From assembly GCA_040754615.1 (NCBI GenBank), contig JBFMBZ010000051.1:1-39587 (forward strand): 39,587 nt of DNA, written 5' to 3'. A program made the position numbers and the translations under genes. The stretch's first letter is position 1, and each line of letters opens with the position of its first letter. A model generated the notes under the pieces. The model saw only the letters and a program-made list of their open reading frames with translations. It did not search any database and was not told where the DNA came from. Below are positions 38,369-39,587 of this stretch, piece after piece. The stretch comes from Candidatus Omnitrophota bacterium. Its GTDB lineage: Bacteria > Omnitrophota > Gorgyraeia > Gygaellales > Profunditerraquicolaceae.

Positions 38369-38408
38369 TTAATTAAAACACAGTAAACCTCTATTTCGGG
38401 AGGCAGTA

Positions 38409-39587
38409 ATGAGAAAAAATATAATAAGCTCGCAAGGCCTGAAACGCAAGCTGTTAGTTGCGGTTGCGCTTATGGCTGTTCTGCCGTTATTAGCGTGTAT
38501 CTCCCTGGTGTCGTGGTATTTAGTGCCTAAAGTCGGCTGGAGGTTAGACGTAAGCCTTGCCATGTTCGTTAGCGCTTTAATCGCATTAACCGGCTTTTTC
38601 GTAATTAAGCAGGTATTCATGCAGTTTTTATCTGTAACTACAGAAGCCAAGCTCATTGCTGCCGGAGACGTCAGCCGGAAGGTAGAGGTAGGCGAATATA
38701 ACGATGAAGTCGGTGATTTGGGCTCTGCGTTAAACCAGCTTACCCACCGTATCCGCAGCAATATGGACGAATTAAAAAGTTACAGTGACAAGACCGCGCA
38801 GATAAATTTTGAAATCCAGAAACGCGTAATCGTATTGTCAGGGCTGTTGCAGATAAGCTCTTTGATTTCACAGGGAGAAGATTTAGGCGATATATTGAAG
38901 CTTGCCGCGGAAAAATCCCGGTTACTCGCTTCTTCCGACGTAGCTTTTCTGTTAGCCCGGGAGAGCGCGGAGGATGCTTTTTCCATGAAGGCAGCCGAGG
39001 GCATAAATTCGCAGTATCTTTTCAGGGTGGGCTTAAGCCCCAAAGAAGATTTATTTCCTCTATTTGCCCATTCGGGGAAACCCTTGATACTTGATGCGAA
39101 AGAATCGCAGAAGGAAAATTTAGTCGCGGCTTTCTATGAAAAATTCAGGCTAAAGAACACTTTAGCCATACCCATCTATGTAAAGGGCAGGGTAGCTGCG
39201 ATATTGGGCATAGGTAATGCCAGGGAGAATTTTTCGTATGCCAAAGACGATTTGGATATGCTGGATATATTCGCCAAACAAGTCGGCATCGCTATTGAAA
39301 ATGATATACTGCTGCACCGTATCGAGAAGCTGGAGATAAAAGACGCGCTTACCGGGCTTTACAATGAAGCGTTTATCCGCGTGCGCCTGGAGGAAGAGAT
39401 AAAGAGGGCAGTGGCTTATCAGAGGCCGTGCGCATTGATTATCTTCGACGTGGATAACTTTAAGAATTTTTATGACAACTTCGGCCTGTTGCCCACAGAG
39501 GTAACGTTAAAAAAGATTGCAAAGCTTTTGAGCGATTCAGTGAGCGACATTGACCGCGTGGGCAGGGTTGGCAATGACGAGTTTGCG
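38409..39587 (+). CDS. 2TM-HAMP-GAF-GGDEF-domain protein with degenerate active site, 3'-truncated
   Basis: Absent from the ORF track because it has no stop in the window. Translated by hand: MRKNIISSQGLKRKLL.., two TMs, HAMP (IAAGDVSRKV..DEVGDLGSALNQL), GAF, DALTGLYN, FDVDNFK, GRVGNDEFA. Confidence 0.9.
   Translation, partial: MRKNIISSQGLKRKLLVAVALMAVLPLLACISLVSWYLVPKVGWRLDVSLAMFVSALIALTGFFVIKQVFMQFLSVTTEAKLIAAGDVSRKVEVGEYNDEVGDLGSALNQLTHRIRSNMDELKSYSDKTAQINFEIQKRVIVLSGLLQISSLISQGEDLGDILKLAAEKSRLLASSDVAFLLARESAEDAFSMKAAEGINSQYLFRVGLSPKEDLFPLFAHSGKPLILDAKESQKENLVAAFYEKFRLKNTLAIPIYVKGRVAAILGIGNARENFSYAKDDLDMLDIFAKQVGIAIENDILLHRIEKLEIKDALTGLYNEAFIRVRLEEEIKRAVAYQRPCALIIFDVDNFKNFYDNFGLLPTEVTLKKIAKLLSDSVSDIDRVGRVGNDEFA

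Noticed and set aside
83-39043. The many minus-strand and nested plus-strand ORFs in the track (e.g. 2360-2887, 9125-9643, 38369-38761, 38780-39043)
   Set aside because: They overlap well-supported genes and have no recognisable motifs. The last two lie opposite the real gene starting at 38409.

Overview
A 39.6-kb core-chromosome segment in which every credible gene is on the + strand. Gene order: tRNA nucleotidyltransferase (5'-truncated), rbfA, nrnA, ribF, then a near-complete dcw cluster (mraZ-rsmH-ftsL-ftsI-murE-murF-mraY-murD-ftsW-murG-murC-murB-ddl-ftsQ-ftsA). After ftsA comes a secreted LVIVD-repeat beta-propeller gene where ftsZ normally sits. This is followed by yggS-proC-mtnP-ileS-dksA/traR-lspA-lgt-rluD, a membrane-anchored coiled-coil protein, aroA, mreBCD-mrdA-rodA, a B12/radical-SAM gene and a 3'-truncated HAMP-GAF-degenerate GGDEF gene that the ORF track missed. 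Protein style and gene order suggest a PVC-superphylum bacterium, possibly Ca. Omnitrophota (inference, not searched). Three signals stand out. (1) A possible FtsZ-independent divisome: no ftsZ after ftsA, an FtsA with degenerate ATP motifs and apparent loss of the FtsZ-contacting Arg, and an MreB with an extended amphipathic N-terminus. (2) Two inverted intergenic copies of a ~120-150-nt structured element with compensatory base changes and cGNAg mini-hairpins. (3) Two families of non-triplet tandem repeats (7-mer AACGCAC-like, 8-mer GCCACAAG-like) and small palindromes inserted in-frame into loops of essential genes, including a 21-nt palindrome nested inside a repeat array. All alignments were done by eye.
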